Source: Felis catus | Lineage: Eukaryota | Direction of reading: 5' to 3' | Assembly (NCBI RefSeq): GCF_018350175.1 | Contig: NC_058368.1 | Location: forward strand, 237,524,001-237,588,000 | DNA length: 64,000 bases | Shown: positions 62,001 through 64,000 of the stretch, piece by piece | Numbering within the stretch: the stretch's first letter is position 1 | Layout of the letters: every line of letters begins with the position of its first letter | Position numbers and translations under genes: made by a program | Notes under the pieces: generated by a model | The model's database searches: none | Seen by the model: only the letters and a program-made list of their open reading frames with translations | What the model was told of the DNA's origin: nothing

Positions 62001-63339
62001 GAAGCTGGTGCCTGGTCTGCCCTGGACTCCGCACCCCGTGCCCTTCCCTCGCTGGCCTGCAGGTGTCCTTTTGCTGTATTACAACGTGTTGCTGAGGGAG
62101 ACGACACGCCAAGTCCTGGGAGTCCTCCCAGGGAGCTGCTGACCCTGGTGGTGGTCTTGGGGACCCCGGAACTGCGTCCTTTGAACTTGCGTCTTCACTC
62201 ACACCCTCCCCTCCCCTCCTACTCGCCCACCAGGTTCTCAGTGACTGTTTTCTCATGAAATCTATAAACGGGGACCTTGGGGCTTAAGGAGGCCGATAGC
62301 AGGAACCCAGAAGTGAAAGTTTAGAGGAGCCAGAGATGGAACCGAACGTCCACAGCGGTGGTTGGGGCACACGCTAGAGTCACTCGGAGGACACAGAGCA
62401 GACCCTGTCTGGTGGGGGGCGCGTGGCCCTCTGCACGTGCCGTGAGACTCTATGGGAACTTTGTGTGACGTCACTTCACGGGATGAGCGTGTGGGACCGC
62501 CATGGTGCTGCCGGCACGTTTCCCACCTGCTGGACAACAGGCTCCGCTCGGGCGTGGACCGGAGTCGCCCCGAGGCAGGAATCATCAGGGAGGCCCGTGG
62601 AGAAGCGGGTGTAGACCATGGAGAAGAAGAGGGCAGGCCTGGGAGTCGGCACCTCCAGGATCGCCTCGGCATCCGGTGTAGCAGATCCACAGACCCCCTT
62701 CAAGCAGGAAGGGGCTGGAAGTAACCTTGAGGGAGCACCCTGGTTTCTAGAATTTTCCTGTCTCTAAGACTTCGGTTGTGCTACCCAAGTTCTTCCAATC
62801 TGCGTGGGAGTTTGAGCAGCATTGTGGGGAAGGGGGATTCGCTCGTGTCACGAGGACAAACCAGGGAGGAGCATCTCTCAGCACTGGCATCAGCCCCCAA
62901 AGGGACACGGCTTTACTCGGTTTGCATGTGCCTGGGAAGGCGGAGGGGTGACCATGGTCACTGGTTGACGGGGTCTACCAGGACCACAAGATCTTCTTCC
63001 CTTGGGGGAGAGGCCACATCCTGTCTTCTTGTGCCCATTCCGAGTGCCCAGCGGGGCCAGAGCATCAACCTTCAGCACGTGCCGTTGAATGAGCTAGCCA
63101 TCTTGGCATTTCAGGCATCTTTATATTGCTTTGACCATGATCTCTTGAAAAACAAAGGCAATGAAATATAAAGTAACACATTTCCATCTCTTATTTACTT
63201 GCTTGCCAGATAAAGCATTCTTTTGGGAAATGCTGAGATACCACTGCTGGTGAAAGTAATGGATGAAGTCCTTTGGATCCCTGGAAATGGGTCTAAAGAT
63301 GGGCAGAATTTAGAAGAAATGGCAGTAACTTTGCATCGT

Positions 63340-63440
63340 TCTCTCATCCACTCTGGAAGCGGTTATTGAGAACCCACTATGTTCCAGACAACGTCACCGT
63401 AGATGTGAGAGCCCAAGACGCTGGGACAAGAATGTCAGGG
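63340..63440 (-). mobile_element. L2 3'-end fragment
   Basis: TTATTGAGAACCCACTATGTTCCAGAC resembles the antisense L2 tail motif. Confidence 0.5.
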
Positions 63441-64000
63441 GCAGGGGGACTCGGCTGTTCTGAGAAGCTCTGAGGGGGTTTCACGTGGGCTTGCCCAAAG
63501 GGCTTCAGTGCAGGCTGGAGCTCTGTGCAGAAGGCCCTAGAAGGCAGGGGTGAGGTGCAGAACCTGGGACAGGCAGGTGCATGGTGAGAGGGGTCTGGAG
63601 GCCACCTCCCAGGTTTGTCCCTACAGCCTCCCCCTCGGACACCTTTGTCCCGCACAAGGTGGGAAGCCACGAGGGTACGGGGGGTGGAGGATGGGTCACA
63701 CACAGTGGAGGCATGGTGCCCTGCGAAGGTCGAGGGGGTGGGGGAGGGTGAACTTCAGACTCCCGAGCAGGGCCTGGTGTGGCTACTGGGCCCTCGTGTT
63801 CTGCTTCTCTCTGAGTGCCCTGTGATTTTACGTGGTAGGTAGCCACTGGTGTGGGAAGGTCATGGTCTACACTAGTGTGCCCAACCTCGGATGCCACTGC
63901 TGTTTTCCCATATCGTGGACATGACCTTCTAACCACATTAATAATGAAATGTGAATCTGTTCCTCAGCAGTGACATACTAATTGTTGTCCACCAATGGCG

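Overview
This is mammalian genomic DNA, not prokaryotic. The tRNA-derived Can-SINEs and a carnivore-type L1 3' end point to a feliform, probably a cat-family species. The only supportable protein-coding gene is the 3' part of the Iroquois TALE-homeobox gene IRX2 on the + strand. Its coding exons are <1-232, 492-1220 and 2014-2066, followed by a likely 3'-UTR intron (2089-2798) and three poly(A) signals up to about 3371. The remaining ~60 kb is GC-rich gene desert downstream of IRX2. It holds orphan CpG islands, AT-rich motif-dense blocks that look like developmental enhancers, 12 largely complete Can-SINEs plus one head-only fragment, MaLR/L1/L2/MIR/Tigger1 relics and two minisatellites. The hundreds of other ORFs in the track read as GC-rich or repeat-derived noise. 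I found no convincing new biological system. The best leads are a Gly10 tract in IRX2, the splice and polyadenylation architecture of its 3' UTR, candidate enhancers, a two-LTR MaLR relic with a recognisable ORF remnant, and a 27-bp minisatellite with higher-order structure and REST half-site-like motifs. Repeat family names and cross-species comparisons come from recalled consensus sequences, not from database searches.
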